64,000 bases of DNA, taken from assembly GCA_021776095.1 (NCBI GenBank), contig JAJFGO010000044.1:39080-103079 (forward strand). Direction: 5' to 3'. Positions 26,661 through 37,083 of this stretch are shown piece after piece. The translations under genes and the position numbers were made by a program. Source of the stretch: Kiloniellaceae bacterium (lineage in GTDB: Bacteria > Pseudomonadota > Alphaproteobacteria > Kiloniellales > J153). Positions within the stretch are counted from its first letter, which is position 1. Each line of letters begins with the position of its first letter. The notes under the pieces were generated by a model that had not been told where the DNA came from, did not search any database, and worked only from the letters and a program-made list of their open reading frames with translations.

Positions 26661-26739
26661 CCTCGCCCTTCGACAAACTCAGGTGAGGAAACCGCCTTGC
26701 CATAACGCCCTTATCCTGAGCCTGTCGAAGGACGAGGGC
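26661..26739. repeat. palindromic intergenic repeat element, copy 1
   Basis: Imperfect inverted arms cctcgcccttcgacaaactcaggtgagg (26661-26688) and ccttatcctgagcctgtcgaaggacgagg (26709-26738). It shares the 15-nt core ctgagcctgtcgaag and the partner arm cttcRacaaRctcaggYtgagg with the copy at 53857-53933. Confidence 0.8.
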
Positions 26740-26762
26740 GCCGGACGTCGCGCGCTTTCCCT

Positions 26763-29435
26763 TTAAGCGGCCTTCATGAGGCTCCTGAGCACGTAGTGCA
26801 GGATACCGCCGTTCTTGTAGTACTCGAGCTCGTCGGTGGTATCGATGCGGCACAACAGGGTTATGTCCTCGCGCGTCCCGTCGGGGCGGGTGATGGTGCA
26901 GGTCATGTCCGTGCGCGGTTTGAGGCCTTGGGCAATGCCGGCGATATCGAACATCTCCTCGCCGGTCAGCTTCAGGGTCTTGCGGGTTTGACCGCCGGTG
27001 AATTGAAGCGGCAGCACACCCATGCCGATCAGGTTGGAACGATGGATGCGCTCGAAGCTTTCCACGATGACGGCGCGCACGCCGAGCAGGCGCGTGCCCT
27101 TGGCCGCCCAGTCGCGGCTGGAGCCGGTGCCGTATTCCTTGCCGCCGACCACCACCAGCGGCACGCCCTCGGCCTGGTACTTCATGGCCGCGTCGTAGAT
27201 CGGCATGACGTCGCCGTCGGGCAGGTGCTTGGTCAAGCCACCCTCGGTCCCCGGCACCATTTCGTTGCGGATGCGAATGTTGGCGAAGGTGCCCCGCATC
27301 ATAACTTCGTGGTTGCCGCGCCGCGCACCGTAGGAGTTGAAATCGGGCGCGCGCACCTGATGGCCCAACAGGTATTCGCCGCCGGGGCTTTCCTTCTTGA
27401 TCGCGCCGGCCGGCGAGATGTGATCGGTGGTCACCGAGTCCGCCAGAACCGCGAGCGGCCGGGCCCCGGCGATGTCCTGAAGCGCCTCGGGCTGTGCCGT
27501 CATGCCTTCGAAGAAAGGCGGATAGCGGACGTAGGTGCTGCCGCCTTCCCAGCCATAGGTCATGCCGGCCGCGGTCGCGATGTTGCGCCAGTTCTCCGGC
27601 CCCTCGAAGACATCGGCGTAGCGCGCGGCGAACATCTGCGGCGTTAGGCAGGCGTCGATGGTTTCGCGGATTTCCTGGTTGCTGGGCCAGACATCGCGCA
27701 GATAAACCGGCTTGCCGTCGGTGTCGATGCCGAGCGGCTCCGTTAGCAGATCGATAGTCATGGAACCGGCCAGCGCGTAGGCGACCACCAGGGGCGGCGA
27801 GGCCAGATAGTTCGCCTTGCAGTGCGGGCTGACCCGGCCCTCGAAATTGCGGTTGCCGGACAGGACCGAGCATACCAGCAGGTCGCCGGCCTCGACCGCC
27901 TTGGCGATCGGCCCCGGCAGAGGGCCGGAGTTGCCGATGCATGTGGTGCAGCCGTAACCGACCAGATTGAAGCCGAGTTTGTCGAGATCATCCTGCAGGC
28001 CGGCCTTGTTCAGGTAGTCCGTGACAACCTGGGAGCCGGGCGCCAGCGAGGTCTTGACCCAAGGCTTGACCTTCAGGCCGCGCGCGTTGGCCTTGCGTGC
28101 GACCAGCCCGGCGGCGACCAGCACGCTCGGGTTCGAGGTATTGGTGCAAGAGGTGATCGCCGCGATCACCACCGCGCCGTCTTCAAGACTGTAATTCGCG
28201 CCCTCGACCGGTACGGCGGCGGCGGAGGCGCCTTCGCTTTTCAGGTGCGCCCCGAAGGCGCTTGCGGCGTCGGACAAGGGCACCCGGTCCTGCGGCCGCT
28301 TCGGCCCGGCCAGGGAGGGAACAACCTGTGCCAGATCGAGTTCCAGCGTATCGGTGAAGACTGGATCGGGCGTGTCGTCCTCGCGCCACATGCCTTGGGC
28401 CTTGGCATAAGCCTCGACCAGGGCGACGCGGGCGGGGTCGCGCCCGGTGAAATTGAGGTAGCGCAGGGTTTCCTTGTCGATTGGGAAAAACCCGCAGGTC
28501 GCGCCGTATTCCGGCGCCATGTTGGCCATGGTCGCCCGATCGGCCAGGGACAGGGCGGACAGGCCGGGGCCGAAGAACTCCACGAACTTGCCTACCACGC
28601 CGCGCGCGCGCAGCATCTGGGTAACCGTGAGCACCAGGTCGGTCGCGGTCGCGCCTTCAGGCAATTTGCCGATCAGTTTGAAGCCGACGACCTCGGGAAT
28701 CATCATGGACACCGGCTGACCCAGCATGGCCGCCTCGGCCTCGATTCCCCCAGCGCCCCAACCCAGCACGGCCAGGCCGTTGACCATGGTGGTGTGGCTG
28801 TCGGTGCCGATCAGGGTGTCCGGATAGGCCTGGGTCTTGCCGTTTTCCTCCTTGGTCCAGACCACCTGGGCCAGGTATTCGAGATTGACCTGATGGCAGA
28901 TCCCGGTGCCCGGCGGCACCACGCGGAAATTATCGAACGCGGTTTGGCCCCAGCGCAGGAAGGCATAGCGCTCGCCGTTGCGCTCGAACTCCTTGGCGAC
29001 GTTTTCCTCGAAAGCCTTGGGCCCGCCGAAGGAATCGACCGACACCGAATGGTCGATCACCAGATCGACCGGCGACAAAGGGTTAATCTTGCGCGGGTCG
29101 CCGCCCAGCTTATCCATGGCCTCGCGCATGGCGGCCAGGTCGACCACGGCGGGCACGCCGGTGAAATCCTGCATCAGCACCCGTGCCGGCCGAAAGGCGA
29201 TCTCGCGGTCGGATCGCCGATCCTTCAACCAGGCGCCCACGGCCTTGATGTCGTCCGCCGTGACCGAGGATCCGTCCTCGTGGCGCAGCAGGTTCTCCAG
29301 CAAAACCTTGAGCGAGAACGGCAGGCGCGATAGATCGCCAAGACCGGCCTGTTCGGCGGCCTCCAGGCTGAAATAGTCGTAGGCTGTATCCTTGACGTTC
29401 AAGGTACGGCGGGTTTTCAGGCTATCAATGCCCAT
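26763..29435 (-). CDS. acnA: aconitate hydratase A
   Basis: [28 protein letters not shown]...[13 protein letters not shown]...TSCTNTSNP...[10 protein letters not shown]...NFEGR... is full AcnA/IRP-type aconitase, 890 aa from the ATG at 29435. The 209-codon upstream extension in the track was rejected. Confidence 0.95.
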   Translation of the reverse strand: MGIDSLKTRRTLNVKDTAYDYFSLEAAEQAGLGDLSRLPFSLKVLLENLLRHEDGSSVTADDIKAVGAWLKDRRSDREIAFRPARVLMQDFTGVPAVVDLAAMREAMDKLGGDPRKINPLSPVDLVIDHSVSVDSFGGPKAFEENVAKEFERNGERYAFLRWGQTAFDNFRVVPPGTGICHQVNLEYLAQVVWTKEENGKTQAYPDTLIGTDSHTTMVNGLAVLGWGAGGIEAEAAMLGQPVSMMIPEVVGFKLIGKLPEGATATDLVLTVTQMLRARGVVGKFVEFFGPGLSALSLADRATMANMAPEYGATCGFFPIDKETLRYLNFTGRDPARVALVEAYAKAQGMWREDDTPDPVFTDTLELDLAQVVPSLAGPKRPQDRVPLSDAASAFGAHLKSEGASAAAVPVEGANYSLEDGAVVIAAITSCTNTSNPSVLVAAGLVARKANARGLKVKPWVKTSLAPGSQVVTDYLNKAGLQDDLDKLGFNLVGYGCTTCIGNSGPLPGPIAKAVEAGDLLVCSVLSGNRNFEGRVSPHCKANYLASPPLVVAYALAGSMTIDLLTEPLGIDTDGKPVYLRDVWPSNQEIRETIDACLTPQMFAARYADVFEGPENWRNIATAAGMTYGWEGGSTYVRYPPFFEGMTAQPEALQDIAGARPLAVLADSVTTDHISPAGAIKKESPGGEYLLGHQVRAPDFNSYGARRGNHEVMMRGTFANIRIRNEMVPGTEGGLTKHLPDGDVMPIYDAAMKYQAEGVPLVVVGGKEYGTGSSRDWAAKGTRLLGVRAVIVESFERIHRSNLIGMGVLPLQFTGGQTRKTLKLTGEEMFDIAGIAQGLKPRTDMTCTITRPDGTREDITLLCRIDTTDELEYYKNGGILHYVLRSLMKAA

Positions 29436-29793
29436 GGTTTTCGGCCCCCAGAAAGAGATCGCGCGGCAGAACCCGCGCCCGCGGCGCGGTTGCAGTGCAA
29501 CACTAACGAAATAGGGGCCGCTGTCCAGCGGAAGCGCGGACCGCGCGCCGCGCTTTTGCATGCGGTTCCATGACGCGAACCTTGACGCCCCGGCGGGATT
29601 GGACTTACCTAGCGGGCATCGGCCGTTCCGCCCCATAGGGCGGCGCCGGGCGATCAAAATGGCGGCTTCGACCGGCCAAAAAAGAGACGAAAAACAACAG
29701 GGAGGATGGGCGCTTGACCCCATCGCACAACCACCGGCACCCGCACTGGGGCCCGGGGATACGGCGCCAGCGGCATCCGTGCGGAGCTTGCCG

Positions 29794-31758
29794 GTGAGCG
29801 ACCTGCAGGCGGCCGCAGCCGATACCTTTCCTAAATTGCTGCTCGAGATGGCGCGCAGGCGCCCCGAGCAACCAGCGATCCGGGAGAAGGAATACGGCAT
29901 TTGGCAAGCCTGGACCTGGCGCGAGGTTGAGAACGAGGTTCGGGCCCTGGCCTGCGGCCTGGCGGCGCTGGGCCTTGGGCGCGGCGACAAAATCGCGATC
30001 ATCGGCGACAACCGGCCCCGCCTGTATTGGACCATGACCGCCGCCCAAGCGATTGGTGCCATTCCGGTCCCGCTCTATCAAGATTCGGCCGCCCAGGAGC
30101 TGACCTTTGTGATCGAACACGCCGGGGCACGCTTCGTCATGGCCGAAGACCAAGAGCAGGTCGACAAAATGCTGTCGATCCGCGAGCGCTACCCTGCTCT
30201 GGAGCAGATCGTTTACGACGACGCGCGCGGCCTGCGCCACTACCAACAAGATTTCGTGAACGCCTTCGAGGATATCCAGGCCCGGGGCCGCGGTTACGAT
30301 GCCGCCAATCCGGGCTTTTTCGATGCTGCGGTGGCTCAGGGCAACGGCGACGATACCGCGATCTACCTTTACACCTCGGGCACCACGGGCCAGCCCAAGG
30401 GCGTGGTGCTGAACTTCGACAATCTGGTCAAGACCGCGGCCAACGGCATCGCGCTGGAGGGCCTGACCGCCGAGGACGAGGTCATGGCTTACCTGCCCAT
30501 GGCCTGGGTCGGCGACCACTTGTTTTCCTACGGGCAAAGCTATGTCGCCGGGTTCTGCGTTTCCTGCCCGGAATCGAGCGATACGGTGCTGCACGATTTG
30601 CGCGAACTGGGCCCGACCTATTTCTTCGCGCCGCCGCGCATCTTCGAGAACATCCTGACCACCGTGACCATCCGCATGGAGGACGCCGGCTGGATCAAGC
30701 GCCGGATGTTCAAGTATTTCATGGCCTTGGCCCGACGCTGTGGGACCCGGATATTGGACCGGAAGCCGGTTTCCTTGGCCGACCGCCTGATGTACGGCCT
30801 GGGCAATCTTCTAGTCTACGGCCCTTTACGCAATACCCTCGGCTTCACCCGGATTCGCCTGGCCTACACGGCGGGCGAGGCGATCGGGCCGGACATCTTC
30901 GACTTTTACCGCTCTATCGGTGTCAATCTGAAGCAGCTTTACGGCAGCACCGAAGCCAGCGTCTTCATCACCATCCAGCCGGACGGCGAGATCCTGCCCG
31001 ATACCGTCGGCCGACCGGCGCCCGGTGTGGAGATCAAAGTGGCCGAAGACGGCGAGGTCCTATTCCGCAGCCCCGGGGTCTTCGTAGAGTACTACAAGAA
31101 CCCGGAGGCAACCGCCGCGACCAAGTCGCCGGACGGCTGGGTTCATACCGGCGATGCCGGCTACTTGGACGACAACGGCCATCTGAAGATCATCGACCGG
31201 GCCAAGGATGTCGGCCGCCTGAACGACGGCAACATGTTCGCGCCGAAGTACACCGAGAATAAGCTGAAGTTCTTCGCCGATATCAAGGAGGCCGTGGCTT
31301 ATGGTCACCAGCGCAACTACTGCGCCGCCTTCATCAATATCGATCTGGAGGCGGTCGGCAGCTGGGCCGAGCGTAACAACGTTTCCTACGGCAGCTATCA
31401 GGAGCTAGCCGCTCATCCCGACGTTCTGAACACCATCAAGAGCCATGTCGAGGCGGTCAACCGCGACCTAAGCGAGGACCCGCGCCTGGCCGGTTCGCAG
31501 GTCAGGCGGTTCCTGGTCCTGCACAAGGAACTGGACGCCGACGACGGCGAGCTGACCCGCACGCGCAAGGTGCGCCGCGCCTTTGTCGCCGAGAAGTATG
31601 AGTCCCTGGTCGAAGCGCTCTATTCCGATCAAGACCGCGTCTATGTCGAAACCGAGATGACTTTCGAGGATGGCCGCAAGGGCACCATCAAGGCCGATCT
31701 GCAGGTAATCGAAGCCCAAACGTTCGGCCAGAGCGAACCCCTGAAAATGGCGGGCTGA
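29794..31758 (+). CDS. AMP-dependent acyl-CoA synthetase/ligase (long-chain-fatty-acid-CoA-ligase-like)
   Basis: Has the AMP-binding motif [15 protein letters not shown], ...[21 protein letters not shown].... The start is uncertain (GTG 29794 with GCGGAG upstream, GTG 29779 or ATG 29659). Homologues as I recall them begin about 10-20 aa before the DTFPKLL segment. Confidence 0.8.
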   Translation: MSDLQAAAADTFPKLLLEMARRRPEQPAIREKEYGIWQAWTWREVENEVRALACGLAALGLGRGDKIAIIGDNRPRLYWTMTAAQAIGAIPVPLYQDSAAQELTFVIEHAGARFVMAEDQEQVDKMLSIRERYPALEQIVYDDARGLRHYQQDFVNAFEDIQARGRGYDAANPGFFDAAVAQGNGDDTAIYLYTSGTTGQPKGVVLNFDNLVKTAANGIALEGLTAEDEVMAYLPMAWVGDHLFSYGQSYVAGFCVSCPESSDTVLHDLRELGPTYFFAPPRIFENILTTVTIRMEDAGWIKRRMFKYFMALARRCGTRILDRKPVSLADRLMYGLGNLLVYGPLRNTLGFTRIRLAYTAGEAIGPDIFDFYRSIGVNLKQLYGSTEASVFITIQPDGEILPDTVGRPAPGVEIKVAEDGEVLFRSPGVFVEYYKNPEATAATKSPDGWVHTGDAGYLDDNGHLKIIDRAKDVGRLNDGNMFAPKYTENKLKFFADIKEAVAYGHQRNYCAAFINIDLEAVGSWAERNNVSYGSYQELAAHPDVLNTIKSHVEAVNRDLSEDPRLAGSQVRRFLVLHKELDADDGELTRTRKVRRAFVAEKYESLVEALYSDQDRVYVETEMTFEDGRKGTIKADLQVIEAQTFGQSEPLKMAG

Positions 31759-31770
31759 GCCGGCACATCC

Positions 31771-32580
31771 ATGACAGCTCAAGCCAGAAGAATCGGAGAC
31801 ACCCTGTTGCGGGTCGAGGGCATCACTCTGTCTTTCGGCGGCGTGCGTGCGCTCAACGACATCAGCTTCGAGATCAAGGAGCACGAAATCCTGGCGATCA
31901 TCGGCCCGAACGGCGCCGGCAAAAGTTCCATGTTGAACGTGATCAACGGTTTCTATCACCCACAGGAAGGCACCGTCGCCTTCAAGGGAAAAGAGCGCAA
32001 GCAGATGCGCCCGCACGAAGCGGCCAAGCAGGGTATCGCGCGGACTTTTCAAAACATCGCCTTGTTCAAGGGCATGAGCACGCTCGACAACATCATGACC
32101 GGGCGCGTGCTGAAGATGAAACGCAACTTCCTTTGGCAGGCGCTCTATTGGGGTCCGGCGCTCAAGGAGGAAATCGAAAACCGCGAGTTTTGCGAAAAAG
32201 TTATCGACTTCCTGGAGATCCAGGCAATTCGCAAAACCCCCGTCGGGCGCTTGCCCTATGGCCTGCAAAAGCGCGTCGAGCTGGGCCGCGCCCTGGCGGC
32301 GGAACCGGAACTGCTGCTGCTCGACGAGCCCATGGCGGGCATGAATGTCGAGGAGAAAGAGGACATGTGCCGGTTTATCCTCGACGTGAACGACGAGTTC
32401 GGCACGACCATCGCGCTCATTGAACACGACATGGGCGTGGTCATGGATATCTCGGACCGCGTGGTGGTGCTCGACTATGGGCGCAAGATCGCCGACGGCA
32501 CGCCGGACGCGGTACGTGCCAACCAGGACGTGATCAACTCCTACCTTGGTGTTAGCCACGATCAAATGGCGGCGCAATAA
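31771..32580 (+). CDS. branched-chain-type ABC transporter ATP-binding protein (LivG-like)
   Basis: Walker A GPNGAGKSS, signature LPYGLQKRVELGRAL, Walker B LLLLDEP, and the LivG-type C-terminus. Confidence 0.9.
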   Translation: MTAQARRIGDTLLRVEGITLSFGGVRALNDISFEIKEHEILAIIGPNGAGKSSMLNVINGFYHPQEGTVAFKGKERKQMRPHEAAKQGIARTFQNIALFKGMSTLDNIMTGRVLKMKRNFLWQALYWGPALKEEIENREFCEKVIDFLEIQAIRKTPVGRLPYGLQKRVELGRALAAEPELLLLDEPMAGMNVEEKEDMCRFILDVNDEFGTTIALIEHDMGVVMDISDRVVVLDYGRKIADGTPDAVRANQDVINSYLGVSHDQMAAQ

Positions 32581-32610
32581 GGCCTCGTGAGAAAGAGGAA
32601 AAACTTACCC

Positions 32611-33621
32611 ATGCCCGTGCGTACTCTTTCGATCTGGATAACCGGCGTGCCCTTGGCGATTGGCGCAATCGGATTCGCCTTTAGCCTGATGGCCAGTCTC
32701 AACCCGAGTTTCTTTTTCACCTGGCCCTATTTCTTGGAGGTCCTTAGCGCCGGACTTTTGCAAGGCGTCATGTACTCCTTGGTCGCGCTCGGCTTCGTGC
32801 TGATCTTTAAGGCATCCAGCGTGTTCAACTTCGCGCAAGGCTCCATGGTTCTCTTCGCTGCGCTGACCATGGTCGGGCTGATCGAGATGGGCCTGCATTG
32901 GACCCTGGCCTTCGTCGTCACCGCCGGGGTCATGGTGCTGCTGGCCATCGCCATCGAGCGCATCGTGCTGCGACCCATGGTCAATCAGCCGCACATCATC
33001 ATGTTCATGGCGACGATAGGGATCTTCTATTTCCTAGACGGCTTTGGCCAAACGATCTGGGGTTCGAACGTCAAGATTCTGGACATTGGAATCCCCAAGG
33101 ATCCGATCTTTGTGCTCACCGGCCTGGTCGAGGGCGGCATGCTGGTCAACAGCTTCGATTTGGTGGCGGCTATCGTCGGCGCGATCCTGGTCGCCATCCT
33201 GGCGGTCTTTTTCCAATACACCCGGATCGGGCGGGCCCTGCGCGCGGTCGCCGACGATCATCAGGCGGCGCTTTCGGTCGGTATCCCGCTCAAGACAATC
33301 TGGGTCGTGGTCTGGTCGGTCGCGGGCATCGTCGCCCTGGTCGCGGGTATCATGTGGGGCGGCAAGGCCGGCGTGCAGTTCACGCTGGCGCTGATCGCGC
33401 TCAAAGCCCTTCCGGTCCTGATCCTGGGCGGCTTTACCTCGATACCGGGCGCGATCGTTGGCGGCCTGATTATCGGTGCCGGCGAACAAGTGGCCGAGGT
33501 CTTCCTGGGTTCGCTGGTCGGCGGCGCGATTCAGGACTGGTTCGCGTACATGCTGGCGCTCGTCGTCCTGCTGTTCCGGCCCCAGGGCCTGTTCGGCGAG
33601 AAGATCATCGAAAGGGTATGA
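32611..33621 (+). CDS. branched-chain-type ABC transporter permease (LivH-like)
   Basis: Polytopic membrane protein with FNFAQGSMVLFAA and ...LILGGFTSIPGAIVGGLIIG motifs of the LivH family. The ATG at 32611 is preferred over the GTG at 32587. Confidence 0.85.
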   Translation: MPVRTLSIWITGVPLAIGAIGFAFSLMASLNPSFFFTWPYFLEVLSAGLLQGVMYSLVALGFVLIFKASSVFNFAQGSMVLFAALTMVGLIEMGLHWTLAFVVTAGVMVLLAIAIERIVLRPMVNQPHIIMFMATIGIFYFLDGFGQTIWGSNVKILDIGIPKDPIFVLTGLVEGGMLVNSFDLVAAIVGAILVAILAVFFQYTRIGRALRAVADDHQAALSVGIPLKTIWVVVWSVAGIVALVAGIMWGGKAGVQFTLALIALKALPVLILGGFTSIPGAIVGGLIIGAGEQVAEVFLGSLVGGAIQDWFAYMLALVVLLFRPQGLFGEKIIERV

Positions 33622-33625
33622 CGCC

Positions 33626-34705
33626 GTGATCTACCGCGAAGCCGGTCAATTTAAATCCAGCTACGGCGCCGACCAGGCGATCTTCCCGATCCGCCAGGAC
33701 CGGATCGCCTTGGTGATCCTGCTGGCCCTTGCGGTCGTTGCCGTCCCGCTTTTCGCCGCGCCGTACTGGTTGGAAACCATCTTGGTTCCCTTCCTGGTAT
33801 TTTCCATGGCAGCCATCGGCCTGAACTTACTGACCGGGTATTGCGGCCAGTTGAGCCTGGGCACCGGCGGTTTCATGGCCTGTGGCGCCTTTTTCGCCTA
33901 CAAGCTTTCAACCGCGTTTCCTGAACTGCATATTGTGCTGGTGTTCTTGCTATCGGGCCTGGGCACCGCTTTCGTCGGCATCCTCTTCGGCATCCCGTCC
34001 TTACGTATCAAAGGCTTCTACCTCGCCGTCGCAACTCTGGCGGCCCAATTCTTCCTGGTCTGGATGTTCAACAAGTTTCCCTGGTGGAACAACTACAGCC
34101 CCTCGGGCGTGATCTCGGCGCCGCCGCGCGCGCTCTTCGGCGACATCTATTTGACCGGAATCCAGGCGACGCCGGAGATTAAGTACAGCTTCCTGCTTGT
34201 CTTCGTCGCGGTCATGGCATTGGTCGCCAAAAACCTGACGCGCAGCAGGATTGGGCGTACCTGGATGGCGATCCGAGACATGGACATCGCGGCCGAAATT
34301 ATCGGTATACGGCCGTTGGTCGCAAAGCTCTCCGCCTTCGCCATCTCGTCTTTCTACATCGGTATTTCCGGAGCGCTTTGGGCCTTCATCTACACCGGCT
34401 CGGTCGAGGCGCTGGCGTTCGACATCAACCGCTCGTTCCAGGTTCTCTTCATGATCATCATCGGCGGTCTGGGTTCAATTCTGGGCTCGTTTCTGGGAGC
34501 GGCCTTCATCGTCCTGCTGCCCATTCTACTGAGCAACGCGCCGACGGCGCTCGGCCTGGAAATATCCGTCGAATTGATCTCGCACATGGAGTTCATGATC
34601 TTCGGCGCGTTGATTATCTTTTTCTTGATCGTCGAGCCGCACGGCCTGGCGCGGCTGTGGCAGATCGGCAAGGAAAAGCTGCGGCTCTGGCCATTTCCCT
34701 ATTGA
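33626..34705 (+). CDS. branched-chain-type ABC transporter permease (LivM-like)
   Basis: NLLTGYCGQLSLGTGGFMACGAF..., IGRTWMAIRDMDIAAE..., IIGGLGSILGSFLGAAF are LivM-family motifs. The GTG start at 33626 lies just after the livH-like stop. The track start at 33476 overlaps the previous gene and was rejected. Confidence 0.8.
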   Translation: MIYREAGQFKSSYGADQAIFPIRQDRIALVILLALAVVAVPLFAAPYWLETILVPFLVFSMAAIGLNLLTGYCGQLSLGTGGFMACGAFFAYKLSTAFPELHIVLVFLLSGLGTAFVGILFGIPSLRIKGFYLAVATLAAQFFLVWMFNKFPWWNNYSPSGVISAPPRALFGDIYLTGIQATPEIKYSFLLVFVAVMALVAKNLTRSRIGRTWMAIRDMDIAAEIIGIRPLVAKLSAFAISSFYIGISGALWAFIYTGSVEALAFDINRSFQVLFMIIIGGLGSILGSFLGAAFIVLLPILLSNAPTALGLEISVELISHMEFMIFGALIIFFLIVEPHGLARLWQIGKEKLRLWPFPY

Positions 34706-34806
34706 TCCGGCAGCGATGGGACGATTTGCGGCGGGTCATCGGCAATGTTAGCGTAGTGTCACTTAATGAGGGCCATAGAGCCCTGTCTTAAAGGGAGGAC
34801 TTCAGA

Positions 34807-36120
34807 ATGAATCTCAGAAAATTAGGCCTTGTCGCGTTGGGCGCGGCCCTACTGGTCGGCGGGATAAGCGCGCCGCCAGCGCTGGCTGCGGAGACCCAGT
34901 ACTTCCCCTCGCTGGTCTACCGCACCGGCCCTTACGCCCCCAACGGCGTACCCTTCGCCAACGGATATTCCGACTATCTCCTGATGCTCAACGAGCGCGA
35001 CGGCGGCATCAACGGCGTCAAGGTCGAAGTACAGGAATGCGATACCGCCTATAACAACGATCGCGGCGTCGAGTGCTACGAGCGGCTGAAGGGCTCCGGA
35101 CAGTCGGAGCCCACTCTGTTCAACCCGCTGTCGACCGGCATCACCTATGCCCTGATCGAGCGGGCGCGCGCCGACGGCAACAACATCGTCTCCGGCGGCT
35201 ATGGCCGCGCCGATGCCTCCGATGGCCGGGTCTTCCCCCACGTCTTCACCCTGCCGATCACCTATTGGGCGGGTGCCGATTCCATGATTCAGTACGTCAG
35301 GGCACAGGAGGGCGGCAGCCTAAAGGGTAAGAAGATCGCCCTGGTCTATCACGACAGCGCCTACGGCAAGGAGCCCATCGCGACCCTGGAGCGTCTGGCG
35401 GGCGAGGAGGGTTATACCTTCTCCAAGTTCCCGGTCGCCCATCCGGGCCTGGAACAGAAGGCAACCTGGTTGCAAATCGGCCGCCAGCTGCGTCCTGACT
35501 GGGTCTTCATGTGGGGTTGGGGTGTCATGAACTCGACCGCCATCAAGGAAGCGGCCTCCGTCGGGTTTCCCATGGAAAAGTTCGTGGGCATCTGGTGGTC
35601 TGCCTCAGAGGCCGACGTGATCCCGGCCGGCGATTCTGCCAATGGCTACAAGGCGCTCGGCTTCCACGGCGTCGGCGCCGGGTTCCCGGTCCATGCCGAC
35701 ATCACGAAGCACCTCTACGGCAAGGGAATGGGCGCCGGCAAGGAGACCGTGGGCGACGTGCTCTACAATCGCGGCATGTTCAATGCCGTGGTCGCGAGCG
35801 AGGCCGTACGTATCGCGCAGGGCAAGTTCGGCAAGCGGGCTCTAACCTCCAAGGAAGTCAATTGGGGCCTGAACAACCTTGAGATTAGCAACGCACGCTG
35901 GGCCGAGCTCGGCATGCCGGATTTCGCGCGCGGCATCAAGATCTCCTGCGCCGATCACGAAGGCGCCGGGTCGTCCTATGTGCAGCAGTGGGACGGCAAG
36001 ACATGGAGCAAGGTCTCCGACTGGATCGCCCCGAACAACTCAGCTCTGCGACCGGCCTACGAGTCGAGCGCGGCGCAGTACGCCAAAGAAAACAACATTG
36101 CGATGAGAGACTGCAAGTAA
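34807..36120 (+). CDS. periplasmic substrate-binding protein (type I PBP, Liv-type ABC system)
   Basis: Strong RBS (AAGGGAGGA), signal peptide (LLVGGISAPPALA|AE), 437 aa with type I periplasmic-binding-fold composition. Embedded in the transporter operon. Confidence 0.85.
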   Translation: MNLRKLGLVALGAALLVGGISAPPALAAETQYFPSLVYRTGPYAPNGVPFANGYSDYLLMLNERDGGINGVKVEVQECDTAYNNDRGVECYERLKGSGQSEPTLFNPLSTGITYALIERARADGNNIVSGGYGRADASDGRVFPHVFTLPITYWAGADSMIQYVRAQEGGSLKGKKIALVYHDSAYGKEPIATLERLAGEEGYTFSKFPVAHPGLEQKATWLQIGRQLRPDWVFMWGWGVMNSTAIKEAASVGFPMEKFVGIWWSASEADVIPAGDSANGYKALGFHGVGAGFPVHADITKHLYGKGMGAGKETVGDVLYNRGMFNAVVASEAVRIAQGKFGKRALTSKEVNWGLNNLEISNARWAELGMPDFARGIKISCADHEGAGSSYVQQWDGKTWSKVSDWIAPNNSALRPAYESSAAQYAKENNIAMRDCK

Positions 36121-36135
36121 ACTTGATTCGGGCCC

Positions 36136-36167
36136 GCGGCCATCGCCCCGCTTGGGACGATGGCCGC
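36136..36167 (+). terminator. intra-operon GC-rich hairpin after the binding-protein gene (possible partial terminator or mRNA stabiliser)
   Basis: Perfect 10-bp stem gcggccatcg / cgatggccgc with a 12-nt loop, 16 nt after the stop at 36120. It is followed by a T-rich stretch (gatttcc...tttgattcgtttattgtttt). Confidence 0.4.
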
Positions 36168-36217
36168 GATTTCCGTCGGCGGCTTTGATTCGTTTATTGT
36201 TTTGAGCAACTAGAACC

Positions 36218-37078
36218 ATGTCGATGACCGCTATCCAAGAGACTGGCCCGGGCGCCGCAGCGCGAGACGATTCTGCAACGACCTTGCTCGCCATCAACAA
36301 CATCGAAGTCATTTACGACCATGTTATTCTGGTGTTGAAGGGTGTGTCCCTTACTGTGCCCAAGGGCGGCGTGGTCGCCCTCTTGGGCGCCAATGGGGCC
36401 GGAAAAACGACGACCTTAAAAGCCATATCGAACCTGCTCCGCGCCGAGCGCGGCGAGGTTACCAAGGGCTCCATCGAGTTCGAGGGCAAGCGGATCGACC
36501 GTCTGACCCCGAACGATCTGGTGAAGAGCGGCGTCATCCAGGTCATGGAGGGGCGCCACTGCTTCGAACACCTGACCATCGAGGAAAATCTGCTGACCGG
36601 CGCCTTCACCCGTGGCGGCAGGCGGGCTGAGATTCAGCAGGACCTCGAGAAGGTCTATACCTATTTCCCGCGCCTGAAAGAGCGGCGCACCAGCCAGGCC
36701 GGTTATACCTCCGGTGGCGAGCAGCAAATGTGCGCGATCGGCCGCGCCTTGATGAGCCGGCCCAAAATGATCCTCTTGGACGAGCCCTCCATGGGCCTGG
36801 CGCCGCAGCTGGTCGAGGGCATCTTCGAGACGGTCAAGAGGCTGAACGAAAAAGAAGGCGTGTCGTTCCTGTTGGCCGAGCAGAACACCAACATCGCCCT
36901 GCGTTATGCCAAGTACGGCTACATCCTGGAAAACGGTCGGGTCGTTTTGGACGGCGAGGCCGAGACCTTGCGCCAGAACGAGGATATTAAGGAATTCTAC
37001 CTCGGCCTGTCCGCCGGTGGACGGCGCAGTTACCGCGACGTAAAGCACTACAAGCGGCGCAAACGCTGGCTGGCATAA
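36218..37078 (+). CDS. branched-chain-type ABC transporter ATP-binding protein (LivF-like)
   Basis: Walker A GANGAGKTT, signature YTSGGEQQMCAIGRAL, Walker B MILLDEPSMGLAP. Confidence 0.9.
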   Translation: MSMTAIQETGPGAAARDDSATTLLAINNIEVIYDHVILVLKGVSLTVPKGGVVALLGANGAGKTTTLKAISNLLRAERGEVTKGSIEFEGKRIDRLTPNDLVKSGVIQVMEGRHCFEHLTIEENLLTGAFTRGGRRAEIQQDLEKVYTYFPRLKERRTSQAGYTSGGEQQMCAIGRALMSRPKMILLDEPSMGLAPQLVEGIFETVKRLNEKEGVSFLLAEQNTNIALRYAKYGYILENGRVVLDGEAETLRQNEDIKEFYLGLSAGGRRSYRDVKHYKRRKRWLA

Positions 37079-37083
37079 TCGCA

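Noticed and set aside
29436-30062. A 209-codon N-terminal extension of the aconitase ORF (the track start at 30062).
   Set aside because: Aconitase homology begins at [10 protein letters not shown] (ATG 29435). The extension is low-complexity and overlaps the divergent acyl-CoA ligase gene region.
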